A stretch of DNA of 64,000 bases, taken from an uncultured Mycoplasmatota bacterium (GTDB lineage Bacteria > Bacillota_I > Bacilli_A > RF39 > UBA660). Below, piece after piece: positions 32,083 to 42,329 of the stretch (positions are counted from its first letter, which is position 1; each line of letters begins with the position of its first letter). Both the position numbers and the translations under genes were made by a program. The DNA is taken from positions 37,991 through 101,990 of the forward strand of contig URCH01000003.1 in assembly GCA_900546275.1 (NCBI GenBank), given 5' to 3'. The notes below the pieces were generated by a model that worked only from the letters and a program-made list of their open reading frames with translations, searched no databases and was not told the DNA's origin.

Positions 32083-34056
32083 TTATTTGCTTTTATTTTC
32101 TTTTATTTTATCAATAACTATATTTACTATGAAGAATACAACAAATATTAAACCAACTATTAATAAGTTTTGTAAAAGTAAAGAACTTTCAATTGAAACT
32201 ATAGTTTCTTTTATTAATTTTACAGTATATGTCATTGGTAAAATTGGGTTTAGGAATCTAAATCCTTTAGTTACTGTTTCTATTGGGAATGTACCACCTG
32301 ATGCTGCAAGTTGTAATACCAATATAATAAGTGCTACAAACTTACCTATATCACCAAAATTCATTATTAAGAATTCAATAATTGCTAAGAAACAATTTGA
32401 AACTAACACAATTACAAAGTAATATAAGAATATATTTGTAATACTAAAATCTAATAAGATTTGAAGTAAGAATGCTAATAAAACGCCAGACAATGTTGCA
32501 AGTCCATGATATGCAAGTGTTCTTTTAACTCTTTTTTCTGAATCAATTCCAAGTAATCCAAATCTTTCGTTTTTGTCATAGTAAAGAACTATAAACATCA
32601 TTAAACTTCCTACCCATAAAGCAATAGAAATGAATAATGGAGCAAATGCAGTACCATAACTTGATATTTCATTTACTGTTTTAGTTTCTATATTAACAGG
32701 TTCTTTAGCATATTCGGATAAAGAATCTACTTTTTTTAATTCCTCTTTTGTTTCAGATATTTTATTATCTAATTCTTTTTTAGCACTTGAAACGCTACTA
32801 TTTAATGTAACAGTACCATTTTCTAAAGTTGTAATTCCTGTATAAAGTGAAGTTGAACCTTCATTTAATTTATATAATCCATCTGTTAATGAACTTATTC
32901 CAGAATTTAAAGTTGTAAGTGATTCTATTGATTTTTCAGTTGCTTGTTTTTTTGCACTTGTTGCAACACTCTTAGCTACATTTTCACTAACTGTATTTGC
33001 AGTTTGTACTGAAGCAGTATAAGAAGCTTCAACAGCTGTATTATATATAGACATATATAGTATACTAGAAGAATCATTTAATTGACTTACTAAAGTATCT
33101 AATTGTATATATGAATTACAATAATTTTTTAAAGCTTCATTAACTGTTGAACTACTACAATAAGCTTTTACATCTGTAACACCATATGCAGATAATTGAT
33201 TAAGTAATCCTTGTTCTATTTGTTTCATTTTTGCTTGATATGTTGATTTAACTGAAGCAACTGCTTTAACACCTATTACTTTTTTATAATCATCAGTAAA
33301 TGTAGAGTTTACACTTCCATTAACTTGTTTTTTTATTGTATTAAGTGTTGCATTATCGATTGCTGCTGTATTATCATTTTTTAAACTTTCAATTGAAGCA
33401 CTAAGTTTATCATTAATAGTTTTACTACCATTATAAGCACTTTCTATTCCTGATTTTAATGTTTCAGTACCTGTTTTAATTTCAGTTACTCCATTTTTTA
33501 ATTTATTTGTTCCTTCTAACAAATTTCCAAAACCATCACTTATAGTATTTAAACTATCTGGAACTTCTTTTAGTTTATCTTCTAAAGAAGCAATGATTCC
33601 TGAATTTATTTCATTATCTAAACTTTTTTCAGCTGTTATAACAACTGTATTAATTATTTGACTAGATAAATAATTTGATTTTTGATTTGGAGAATATGTA
33701 ATTGTAGGATGTACTTTTTCTACTTCTCCTGCACTTTCTATATTCTTTGAAAAATCTGATGGAATATTAATAACTGCATAGTATTTGCCATCGTTAAGAC
33801 CATCTGTTGCATCTTTTTCATTAACTACGTCTAGTTTTAATTTTTTAGAATCTTTAATACTGTTAACTAATGATTCACCTTTTTCTCCTTCGTCACTATT
33901 TATAATTGCTACTGGTAAATTATCGATGTTACCTTCACCATATGGATTCCAGTAAGCTTTCAAATAGAAAAAACTGTACATAAAAGGTATTATTAATACT
34001 GCACATATTATAATGTTTCTAAATAATTTGTTTTCTTTTGCTTTTTTCTTTTTCAT
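32083..34056 (-). CDS. YhgE/Pip domain membrane protein (phage infection protein-like)
   Basis: N-terminal TM helix, a long extracellular coiled-coil or low-complexity Ser/Thr-rich region, and a C-terminal ABC-2-like six-TM domain. Confidence 0.8.
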   Translation of the reverse strand: MKKKKAKENKLFRNIIICAVLIIPFMYSFFYLKAYWNPYGEGNIDNLPVAIINSDEGEKGESLVNSIKDSKKLKLDVVNEKDATDGLNDGKYYAVINIPSDFSKNIESAGEVEKVHPTITYSPNQKSNYLSSQIINTVVITAEKSLDNEINSGIIASLEDKLKEVPDSLNTISDGFGNLLEGTNKLKNGVTEIKTGTETLKSGIESAYNGSKTINDKLSASIESLKNDNTAAIDNATLNTIKKQVNGSVNSTFTDDYKKVIGVKAVASVKSTYQAKMKQIEQGLLNQLSAYGVTDVKAYCSSSTVNEALKNYCNSYIQLDTLVSQLNDSSSILYMSIYNTAVEASYTASVQTANTVSENVAKSVATSAKKQATEKSIESLTTLNSGISSLTDGLYKLNEGSTSLYTGITTLENGTVTLNSSVSSAKKELDNKISETKEELKKVDSLSEYAKEPVNIETKTVNEISSYGTAFAPLFISIALWVGSLMMFIVLYYDKNERFGLLGIDSEKRVKRTLAYHGLATLSGVLLAFLLQILLDFSITNIFLYYFVIVLVSNCFLAIIEFLIMNFGDIGKFVALIILVLQLAASGGTFPIETVTKGFRFLNPILPMTYTVKLIKETIVSIESSLLLQNLLIVGLIFVVFFIVNIVIDKIKENKSK

Positions 34057-34068
34057 TATAAACCCTCC

Positions 34069-34614
34069 CTATTTAATTAATCCATTTTTTAGTATAGAAG
34101 TAATTTCTTTAGCAACTTTTTCTTCATTAATTTCTTCTCCATACTCAAATAAAACTGTTACAAATACTTTATATATTACAAATGCTGTTAAATCTACATC
34201 GCATTCTATAATATCACCTTTATTTATTTCTTCTGTTAATACATCTTTAATATATTTAATAATATCATCATCATATAGTTTTAAAAATGAAATATTTTGT
34301 AAATCATTTTTATCTTTTATTAAATTTCTTACTATTCCACTTTCTTTTCTAACTTTTAACATAACGATAATACTATTAGATAAATTATCTATAAAAGAAC
34401 CTTTTTTCTTTTGTTTTTCTATTTTGTTTTTTATATCTAATAGTTCTTCTTCTATAAAGTATTTAAATAGTTCTTCTTTGTCTTTAAAGTAAGAATAAAT
34501 TGTTTTTTTTGTAACATTTGCTTGTTTTGCAAGTTCATCCATTGACACTTTTTTATAGCCATATGAATTAAATAATTTTCGTGCTTCTTCAATTATTACA
34601 TCTTTTTTATTCAT
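34069..34614 (-). CDS. TetR/AcrR family transcriptional regulator
   Basis: N-terminal HTH YGYKKVSMDELAKQANVTKKTIYSYF. Confidence 0.85.
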   Translation of the reverse strand: MNKKDVIIEEARKLFNSYGYKKVSMDELAKQANVTKKTIYSYFKDKEELFKYFIEEELLDIKNKIEKQKKKGSFIDNLSNSIIVMLKVRKESGIVRNLIKDKNDLQNISFLKLYDDDIIKYIKDVLTEEINKGDIIECDVDLTAFVIYKVFVTVLFEYGEEINEEKVAKEITSILKNGLIK

Positions 34615-34629
34615 ATTAAAGCCTCCTAT

Positions 34630-34695
34630 ACTACTATACCAACTAGGTATACCAGTATAGTATATGCTTCTTGTAGAATTTTGTCAAGTTTTTTT
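34630..34695 (-). promoter_or_regulatory. Promoter plus palindromic operator of the tetR-yhgE operon
   Basis: On the minus strand: TTGACA (complement of 34682-34687), a 17-nt spacer, then TATACT, followed by the dyad TATACCaactaGGTATA overlapping the transcript start. Confidence 0.4.
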
Positions 34696-34708
34696 AAATA
34701 AAATAAAA

Positions 34709-34733
34709 AAATTACTAACATAATTAGTAATTT
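34709..34733 (-). terminator. Rho-independent terminator of the pilin-like gene
   Basis: AAATTACTAA-cataa-TTAGTAATTT hairpin. On the minus strand it is followed by TTTTTTTATTTTATTT. Confidence 0.6.
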
Positions 34734-34745
34734 TTATATAACATT

Positions 34746-35615
34746 TTAATCATTTACTACTGTTATTACTCTTTTTGCATTAGTTGTATTTCCTGATGGA
34801 TCTTTTGCTGTATAAAGTATAACATGCTTGCCTGGTACGTTACTTAATGAAGATACATTAGTAACCTTAATACCTATATTTGAATTATCAATAGCATATA
34901 CTCCTTTGTTAACATAAGATCCATTAAGTTCTGATACCTTTACGATATTATCTTCTGGAAAATATATTACAGGTGGAATTGTATCTCTTACAACAACAGT
35001 TCTTATGTTTGTAGTAGTTAATCCCTTATCAGTGACAGAATATATTAATTTATATGTTCCTAACTTTGAAGTATCAATTTTTTCCCCCTCATTATCATTT
35101 AATTTAATTTGAGGAGGATTCAGTGTCAAAGGACTACCTGTATTTGAATATGCTGTACCGCCTTTTTCTACATATTCTGTATTTATTTCAACATATTCTA
35201 CATAATTACCATTTAATCTAATAACAGGTGCATTCTCATTATTTTCTGTACTTTCTTCTTCTAAATCTATTATGTTTACATCATAACTATAAGAATTATT
35301 TTCTCTTGATATAACAACAGTGGATTCATTGGAAATTGTTAATTTTGTTTTAGCATTTATCATTTTTATTGGTAAAAGACCTTTTCTTTTTAGTTCTCCT
35401 ACATAAAGCGTAATACTTTGTTTATCAGGTATAACAACATATTCTTTTATTACCATATCTTTTGCGGCAGCTACTATTTGTTCTTTTTGAAGATTGAAAG
35501 CTTTTTCTTCTGATTTTCTTATATTATCCGTAACTAAAGGAAACGTAATAGCAAAAATCGCTCCAAGAATTATTATAACAGCCAGTAATTCTACTAAAGT
35601 AAATCCTTTCTTCAT
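34746..35615 (-). CDS. Type IV pilin-like protein with two C-terminal Ig-like (DUF5011-type) domains
   Basis: Class III signal peptide MKKGFTLVELLAVIIILG. The C-terminal repeats ...YVE(K/N)G(G)(T/V)YA(Y/I)(S/D)N... TY(K/-)LIY(S/T)(V/A)(T/K)D are DUF5011-like. Confidence 0.7.
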   Translation of the reverse strand: MKKGFTLVELLAVIIILGAIFAITFPLVTDNIRKSEEKAFNLQKEQIVAAAKDMVIKEYVVIPDKQSITLYVGELKRKGLLPIKMINAKTKLTISNESTVVISRENNSYSYDVNIIDLEEESTENNENAPVIRLNGNYVEYVEINTEYVEKGGTAYSNTGSPLTLNPPQIKLNDNEGEKIDTSKLGTYKLIYSVTDKGLTTTNIRTVVVRDTIPPVIYFPEDNIVKVSELNGSYVNKGVYAIDNSNIGIKVTNVSSLSNVPGKHVILYTAKDPSGNTTNAKRVITVVND

Positions 35616-35691
35616 ATTATACCTACTTTCTTTAATAATTATAACAAACTAGGATTTTTTTTACAATATAAAACACATATAAAATATGTGC

Positions 35692-35985
35692 TTATCTATT
35701 TTCTTCTATCCAAGAATTAATCATTTCAAGTGGTATATAACCATTTTTTTTAGAAATCATTTTACCATTTTTAAATATCATTAAAGTTGGTACACTCATG
35801 ATTGCATATTGTTTGCAAAGGTTTGGTGATTCATCTACATCTACTTTTACTATTTTAACATCTTTTATTTGATCTAAAACTAAAGAAAGCATTTTACAAG
35901 GACCACACCAAGTTGCAAAAAAATCCACTAAAACAAAATCTTCATTAACTACTTCATTAAAATTATTATCATTAGCTATTATCAT
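35692..35985 (-). CDS. trxA: Thioredoxin
   Basis: WCGPCK active site. Length 97 aa. Confidence 0.9.
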   Translation of the reverse strand: MIIANDNNFNEVVNEDFVLVDFFATWCGPCKMLSLVLDQIKDVKIVKVDVDESPNLCKQYAIMSVPTLMIFKNGKMISKKNGYIPLEMINSWIEENR

Positions 35986-36712
35986 TATTATTCACCCTAT
36001 ATTTATTTAATATTTCTATTAACCTTTCTTGATTATTTGTTTTTATTTTTCCTTTTTCTACTAATCTATCTGCTGATTGTACGGAAATAATATTATATTT
36101 TAAGAACAAATCTAATGTATCTAAATTAAAATCATCAGAACTTGTACTAGAATTATAATTATCTTTTAGTTCAATAAATTCATTCATAACAGATACTGTG
36201 TTATCAGCAAATTTATTTAAAATCGGAGTATTATTAAGTATTACATTTTTAAATTTTGATTCTTGTAATAATTGGACATTAAATATTGGTAATGAAATTA
36301 TATATAAAACTATAAATACTATTATATAATTTTGGACTAACCCAACTACAGCTCCACCAATTTTAGATGGTATACTTAATACTACAGTGGCTGCAAGTAT
36401 TTTTTCAAATAATGATGTTACTATTAGCAATACTTTAAGTACAATCATAAATAAAGCAAGTAAAACTAGGAACGCAATTAATTCATATAAAGCTATATTT
36501 AGTACAGTCATTCCTTTAAATATTCCATCAAAATTAAAGAATGGTAAATTATTATATAAAACACTAGCTAAGCCATTTTTAAATAAGAAAGCCAAAACAA
36601 CCGCAACTATAAAACCTAAAGTCTTTACAACTGACTTAGTAAATCCTCTTTTAAAACCTAACACAGCTCCAAACAAGACTATAATAATTATAGCTACATC
36701 TACTACATTCAT
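35972..36712 (-). CDS. cvpA: CvpA family membrane protein
   Basis: N-terminal pattern DVAIIIIVLFGAVLGFKRGF and four TM helices typical of CvpA. Confidence 0.7.
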   Translation of the reverse strand: MNVVDVAIIIIVLFGAVLGFKRGFTKSVVKTLGFIVAVVLAFLFKNGLASVLYNNLPFFNFDGIFKGMTVLNIALYELIAFLVLLALFMIVLKVLLIVTSLFEKILAATVVLSIPSKIGGAVVGLVQNYIIVFIVLYIISLPIFNVQLLQESKFKNVILNNTPILNKFADNTVSVMNEFIELKDNYNSSTSSDDFNLDTLDLFLKYNIISVQSADRLVEKGKIKTNNQERLIEILNKYRVNNNDNS

Positions 36713-36791
36713 AAACTACCTCCTATTAAATTATATTATAAATATAAAAAAAAATAAAGTAATTTGTTTTCTTTTATGGTAAAATAAAAAT

Positions 36792-37748
36792 GTGGAGGTT
36801 ATTATGACTATAACATTAAAAGTAAGTGATAACACTAAGAAAAAAATGATTGAATATTTTGAAGATAAAAAAAGAGAAAAGACACCTCAGTATGCTGTTT
36901 TTCAAGCAGATGAAGCTGATACAGTAGTTACTTTATATGAGTCTGGAAAAGCAGTTTTTCAAGGAATTTCTGCTGATATAGATGCGAATATGTGGAAAGA
37001 AGTTGAATCTCATTTAAATCCTAACAAGAAAATAGATATAACTAATAGTGAAAACAAAAAGAAAAAAGAAGAAGCAAAAAAAGATCCTAAAGTTTACTAT
37101 TGTAATTCAATTGGTTCTGATGAAGTAGGAACTGGTGATTACTTTGGTCCAATTGTTGTTACTGCATCTTTTGTTTCAAAAGAAAATATACCTTTTCTAG
37201 AAGAATTAGGCGTTAGAGATTCTAAAAAACTAACTGATGAAAAAATATTAGAGATTGTTCCTAAATTAATCAAAGTTATTCCATATGAAAGTATAATTCT
37301 TTCTAACAAGGAATACAATGAAAAATACAGTCATAATATTAATATGAACAAAATAAAGGCTATTATGCATAATAAAGTTCTATCAAAAGTTAAAAATAAA
37401 AACTTTAACTATGATTATATTGTAGTAGATCAATTCGCACAACCATATGTATATTTTAATTACTTAAAAGAAAGTACAAATGTTATAAGAAATATTACAT
37501 TTATAACTAAAGCTGAAGATAAATGTTTAAGTGTTGCTTGTTCTTCTATAATTAGTAGATATATTTTTTTAAAGGAATTTGATAAATTAAGTAAAAATCT
37601 AAATCTTTTACTTCTTAAGGGAGCAAGTGATAAAGTCGATGAAATAGGAGTTAAAATTGTTAATAAATATGGATTTGATAAATTAAATGAAATTGCTAAG
37701 TTAAACTTTAAAAATACTGAAAAGATTAAAGAATTAATTTCAAAATAA
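36792..37748 (+). CDS. rnhC: Ribonuclease HIII
   Basis: N-terminal DUF3378-type domain and an RNase HII-fold catalytic motif IGSDEVGTGDYFGPIVV. Confidence 0.85.
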   Translation: MEVIMTITLKVSDNTKKKMIEYFEDKKREKTPQYAVFQADEADTVVTLYESGKAVFQGISADIDANMWKEVESHLNPNKKIDITNSENKKKKEEAKKDPKVYYCNSIGSDEVGTGDYFGPIVVTASFVSKENIPFLEELGVRDSKKLTDEKILEIVPKLIKVIPYESIILSNKEYNEKYSHNINMNKIKAIMHNKVLSKVKNKNFNYDYIVVDQFAQPYVYFNYLKESTNVIRNITFITKAEDKCLSVACSSIISRYIFLKEFDKLSKNLNLLLLKGASDKVDEIGVKIVNKYGFDKLNEIAKLNFKNTEKIKELISK

Positions 37749-37768
37749 AACAGACAAAAGTCTGTTTT
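37749..37768. terminator. Bidirectional terminator hairpin (rnhC / murC convergent pair)
   Basis: AACAGACaaaaGTCTGTT followed by a T-run. Confidence 0.5.
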
Positions 37769-39093
37769 TAATTTATACCTAGTTTTTCTTTTAATAATTT
37801 TTCATATCTTTCCTGTAATAAATATATTTCTTTACTACTCATAAATAGTATTACTGCATTATCATACTCAAGTAACTTTTCTTCCATACCCTGCTCTATA
37901 TATTCACCATTATCTAATTTATCAATTATAGTATAAGGTGTTATACCAGGATAATCGTTTGGGTCTTCTCTATCATAATTAATATCCATTACATAAGCTT
38001 TATCAGCTAAATTAAGGGCTTTGGCAAAATCGTCTGCGAATTCTTGTACTCTAGAAAAAGTATGTGCCTTAAATACAGCAATTATTTTTTTATCTGGGTA
38101 CTTTTGTCGTGCAGCTTTAATTGTTACCTTTACTTCTGTTGGATGATGTGCATAATCATCTACAGTAACTATATTTCCAATGAACTTTTCTTTAAATCTT
38201 CTTTCAGCACCTTTAAACGTTTTAAGTGATTTAGCAACTTCTTTTGAATCCATTCTTTCATAATGACATACAGCAATTACAGCAAGTGCATTAAGAAGCA
38301 TATGTTTTCCATAAAGTGGTAAATCAAAGTGTCCATAATACTCATCTTCGATAAATACATCAAATTCTGTACCATCATTCCTATACTCAACATTTCTTGC
38401 TTGAATATCATTATCATCCTCTAAACCGTAATAATATATTTGAGGATTAACTTGTAATGTATGCATATATGGATCATCACCACAGGCTATAACCATTTTT
38501 GAAGCTTTATTAGCAAATTCATTATAAGCACTTATTATGTCATCTATTCCTTTAAAATAATCAGTATGATCTAAATCAATATTTGTTATTATAACATATT
38601 CTGGTTCATAAGCTAGAAAATGTCTTCTATATTCACATGATTCAAGCACAAATTTTTTGCTTTCTTTATTTGCTTTTCCTACTCCATCACCTATTATATA
38701 ACTACAACCAACTGTGTCTTCCAAAACTTTACTTAGCATTGCAGTAGTAGTAGTTTTTCCATGACATCCTGATATACAAATCGTTTCAAATTTCTTTGTT
38801 AATTTTCCAAGCATCTCTTGATATTCATATATTTCAAGTCCCATTTGATTTGCTTTTATTAATTCTGGATGAACATTTAATTTTAAAGCTGGAGAATATA
38901 CAACTATAGTATTTTTATCCATTGCATCATTAGGCCCTGTGTAAATTTTTATGTTACGCGCAACTAATTTATCTTCTGTAAACCTATGATCTTTGGCATC
39001 GTCGTAACCTATTACTTCGTAACCTAAATCATTTAAAAAAAGTGCAAGAGCACTCATTCCAGCTCCTTTTATACCTGCTAAATAATATTTCAT
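37768..39093 (-). CDS. murC: UDP-N-acetylmuramate--L-alanine ligase
   Basis: N-terminal GIKGAGMSALA, P-loop GCHGKTTTT and the DLDH motif. Confidence 0.85.
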   Translation of the reverse strand: MKYYLAGIKGAGMSALALFLNDLGYEVIGYDDAKDHRFTEDKLVARNIKIYTGPNDAMDKNTIVVYSPALKLNVHPELIKANQMGLEIYEYQEMLGKLTKKFETICISGCHGKTTTTAMLSKVLEDTVGCSYIIGDGVGKANKESKKFVLESCEYRRHFLAYEPEYVIITNIDLDHTDYFKGIDDIISAYNEFANKASKMVIACGDDPYMHTLQVNPQIYYYGLEDDNDIQARNVEYRNDGTEFDVFIEDEYYGHFDLPLYGKHMLLNALAVIAVCHYERMDSKEVAKSLKTFKGAERRFKEKFIGNIVTVDDYAHHPTEVKVTIKAARQKYPDKKIIAVFKAHTFSRVQEFADDFAKALNLADKAYVMDINYDREDPNDYPGITPYTIIDKLDNGEYIEQGMEEKLLEYDNAVILFMSSKEIYLLQERYEKLLKEKLGIN

Positions 39094-39211
39094 ATCATTA
39101 CTCTCCTTAAAACATTTTATGTAGTCAAGATCAATATATTACTATCGTTACATACTACATATAGTATATAATTTTTAGATGTATAAAGTCAATTATGGAA
39201 ATAAAAGTTTT

Positions 39212-39234
39212 AAAAAAAATAGTCTAAGACTATT
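39212..39234 (-). terminator. Terminator hairpin downstream of the pilin-like gene
   Basis: AATAGTCtaaGACTATT. On the minus strand it is followed by an 8-nt T-run. Confidence 0.5.
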
Positions 39235-39240
39235 TTCAAA

Positions 39241-40332
39241 TTATTTAAATAATGATTGTGAAACTGTTATAACTGGTCTAATACCAAATGAAAGTGACAT
39301 ATAAACTGTATTTTCTGAAATTCTACCAGAATTATCTATAGCCCAAGCCGAAACTTGTGAATTAACACCAGCACTCTTTGTACTTGTCCAATACCCATAA
39401 ACTGATGCACCCATCTCAAACGAATCGTTAAATTCATTATTGCAGCCATTTTTAACACAACCTTTTGTATAATCAAATAACCAAGAATATTTACTTTCAC
39501 CCTTAGCTTTTGCAACTTGAGTTTGCCAATCTTTAACCGTACTACCTTTTCCATCTAAATAAAAATATTCAGACTCATTTTTAGAACTCCAATTTATTTT
39601 ACTATCTGCACCTACTATATGTGCAATTTCATCTGCTGTAATAAGTCTAGATTGTTGTTGCCAACTACTTTCTATGACTAAATCATCCAATTCCTTTTGT
39701 GCGCCGTTCATTCCATCAGAAACATTATTTGTAATATTCCAAGCAACATATTTAGTGGTATTGTGATCAAGTATCATTGTATAACTTTTATTATCATTTA
39801 TTTTATATACATACCATTTCATACATCCAGTTTTTGTTCCTGTTTCACTTGTTGAATTTGAAGAATCACATTTTTTAGTAAAATCAGTAGGGTCCAAATA
39901 AACAACTGCTTTATATGTTTTATCATTATTATTCAATTCCTCTATAGTTGGACCATATATGTCATTACAATCATCACTAATTTTTTTAGATTTTCCATCT
40001 ACATATTCAATTTTTTTACCGTCTATACAAAAAATTGCTGATTTAACATAACCATTATTTACATTATATATTCCATTTGTTGGTTTTGTTCCACTAACTT
40101 CTGGATTTAAATAATCATAAGAGTATACTCCATTAGATATTTCATCTTTATCTACCATACCTTTTAATATTTTATTTTCTATTGCCTTTACATATCCTGT
40201 AGAGCTTTGTTCTGCAGCACCTACTCTTGAGTTATCTATAACTTTAAGCACAATTGGGGTTGCGATTAATGCAATGATAGCTAATATTACTATGACAGCT
40301 AATAATTCTACTAATGTAAAACCTTTTTTCAT
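39241..40332 (-). CDS. Type IV pilin-like protein with a large C-terminal passenger domain ending in a GIRPVI motif
   Basis: Class III signal peptide MKKGFTLVELLAVIVILAIIALIA. C-terminus ...SLSFGIRPVITVSQSLFK. Confidence 0.65.
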   Translation of the reverse strand: MKKGFTLVELLAVIVILAIIALIATPIVLKVIDNSRVGAAEQSSTGYVKAIENKILKGMVDKDEISNGVYSYDYLNPEVSGTKPTNGIYNVNNGYVKSAIFCIDGKKIEYVDGKSKKISDDCNDIYGPTIEELNNNDKTYKAVVYLDPTDFTKKCDSSNSTSETGTKTGCMKWYVYKINDNKSYTMILDHNTTKYVAWNITNNVSDGMNGAQKELDDLVIESSWQQQSRLITADEIAHIVGADSKINWSSKNESEYFYLDGKGSTVKDWQTQVAKAKGESKYSWLFDYTKGCVKNGCNNEFNDSFEMGASVYGYWTSTKSAGVNSQVSAWAIDNSGRISENTVYMSLSFGIRPVITVSQSLFK

Positions 40333-40452
40333 TTTATCACTCCTTTAGTATGTTTACATTTAAATAATATCATAATCAAAAAAAGCTTTCAATAAGAACT
40401 TAAATATATATTTATAAGTTTACATTAGTTATTACAAAAAAAGTTATATTTA

Positions 40453-42273
40453 TTATAACTTATTTTCAAAACCACTTCTTTTAAATAATTTTTCTAAATC
40501 ATAATTTGAATAAAATATAATTGTGGGTCTGCCATGTGGACAATTAAATGGATTATCACATTTTCTCAAATCATTTATTAAACTTTCCATTTCTTCCATA
40601 GTAATATTCATATTTGCTTTAATAGCCATTTTACACGATAACATAGTTGCTATTTTTTCATTAAATTTAACTATTGAAAAATCTTTTTCTTTTTGAAGTA
40701 TAACTTCTATTATTTTCCTTGTTTGTTCTTGTTCATAGTTTTTAAGAAGCCAAGTTGGATGAGCTTTTACTATAATTGAATTTATTCCAAATTCTTCTAT
40801 TTTAAAGCCAATATTTCTAAGTAAATCTAAATTTTCTTTAAGTAAAACAAATTCATCATTTGAAAATTCAAGTGTCATAGGTATTAATAAATCTATTGAA
40901 CTTTGTGTAGGATTTCCAAGTTTTTCTTTATACATTTCATAATTTACTCTTTCTTTTGCTGCATGTTGATCTATCATATACATACCTTTTTCATTTTGGC
41001 AGATTATATATGTACCATGCACTAATCCTACAGGATATAATTCTGGAAGCCTATTTTCTTTTTCTACTTCTTCTTGTTCTATAAAGCTATCATTTATAAC
41101 AAGTGTTTCAGGTTCGTTTGCATATATATTTTCACTAGTTAATTCATCGTTTGAATCAAATAAATTAAATTTAGTTTCACTTTTATATTCAGTTTGAACA
41201 TCTTTAACTCTATCCAAATCTAGTTTGATTTCTTCATATATTTTTTTAGGTTCAACTTCTTCTTTATTTACTTCTATATGTGGAATCAAATTTCTTTTGT
41301 GTAACTTTTCTTTTATCATGTTGCTTATTAATGAAGTAAGTTCCTCTAATTTAGAAAATTTTATATCCATCTTAGTTGGATGAATATTTACATCAACTAA
41401 TATTGGATCTACTGTTATACTAAGAACAACTATAGGGTATCTATTATCAGGTTTAAATGAATGATAACTATCATTTATAATTCTATTTATTTCAGCATTT
41501 TTTACAACTCTGTTATTTACAAGTGTAATCATATTTGTCCTACTAGAACGATGAACCTCCGGTAGACTTATATATCCTTCTACTATATAATCAGCATTTT
41601 CTGCATTTACTTTTATCATTTTTTTAGCAACTTCTACACCATATATATCTTTTATTGTCTTAAGTAAATTTGATGAACCATCAGTTGTTAACAAAATATT
41701 TCCATTATTTATTAAAGTAAAACGTATGTCAGGATGAGAAAGTGATAATTTATTTATATACTCCGTCACATTTGCAAGTTCAGTATATAGACTTTTCATA
41801 TGCTTTAAACGTGCAGGTGTATTATAAAATAAGTTTCTTACTGAAATTGATGTGCCTTTTTTTGAATCAGATGGTTTTACTTCCAATATTTTACCACCAC
41901 TTATTTCAACAATTGTACCAACTTCACCAGTTGATGTTTTAAGTGTTACATTACTAACACTGCATATTGCTGCTAAAGCCTCTCCTCTAAATCCTAGTGT
42001 TTCTATATGATATAAATCATCTTCACATCTTATTTTACTTGTTGCATGTCGTGAAAAAGCTAATACAGCATCATCTTTATCCATCCCTTTTCCGTTATCC
42101 GTAATTTTAATTTCTTTTGTTCCTGCATCTGTTAATTCAACTTTAATTTCATTTGCCCCTGCATCAATACTATTTTCTACTAATTCTTTTACTACTGATG
42201 AGCATCTTTCAACAACTTCACCAGCAGCTATTTTATTTGCAAGTAATTCATCCATTACTTTTATTACTGCCAT
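40453..42273 (-). CDS. mutL: DNA mismatch repair protein MutL
   Basis: GHKL ATPase motifs (ELVENSIDAG, DNGKGM, GFRGEAL) and a C-terminal dimerisation/endonuclease domain. Confidence 0.95.
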   Translation of the reverse strand: MAVIKVMDELLANKIAAGEVVERCSSVVKELVENSIDAGANEIKVELTDAGTKEIKITDNGKGMDKDDAVLAFSRHATSKIRCEDDLYHIETLGFRGEALAAICSVSNVTLKTSTGEVGTIVEISGGKILEVKPSDSKKGTSISVRNLFYNTPARLKHMKSLYTELANVTEYINKLSLSHPDIRFTLINNGNILLTTDGSSNLLKTIKDIYGVEVAKKMIKVNAENADYIVEGYISLPEVHRSSRTNMITLVNNRVVKNAEINRIINDSYHSFKPDNRYPIVVLSITVDPILVDVNIHPTKMDIKFSKLEELTSLISNMIKEKLHKRNLIPHIEVNKEEVEPKKIYEEIKLDLDRVKDVQTEYKSETKFNLFDSNDELTSENIYANEPETLVINDSFIEQEEVEKENRLPELYPVGLVHGTYIICQNEKGMYMIDQHAAKERVNYEMYKEKLGNPTQSSIDLLIPMTLEFSNDEFVLLKENLDLLRNIGFKIEEFGINSIIVKAHPTWLLKNYEQEQTRKIIEVILQKEKDFSIVKFNEKIATMLSCKMAIKANMNITMEEMESLINDLRKCDNPFNCPHGRPTIIFYSNYDLEKLFKRSGFENKL

Positions 42274-42329
42274 ACTATCACCTACTATTTTAATTACATA
42301 TATATTTTAGCATTTTTTATTTTTTTTCA

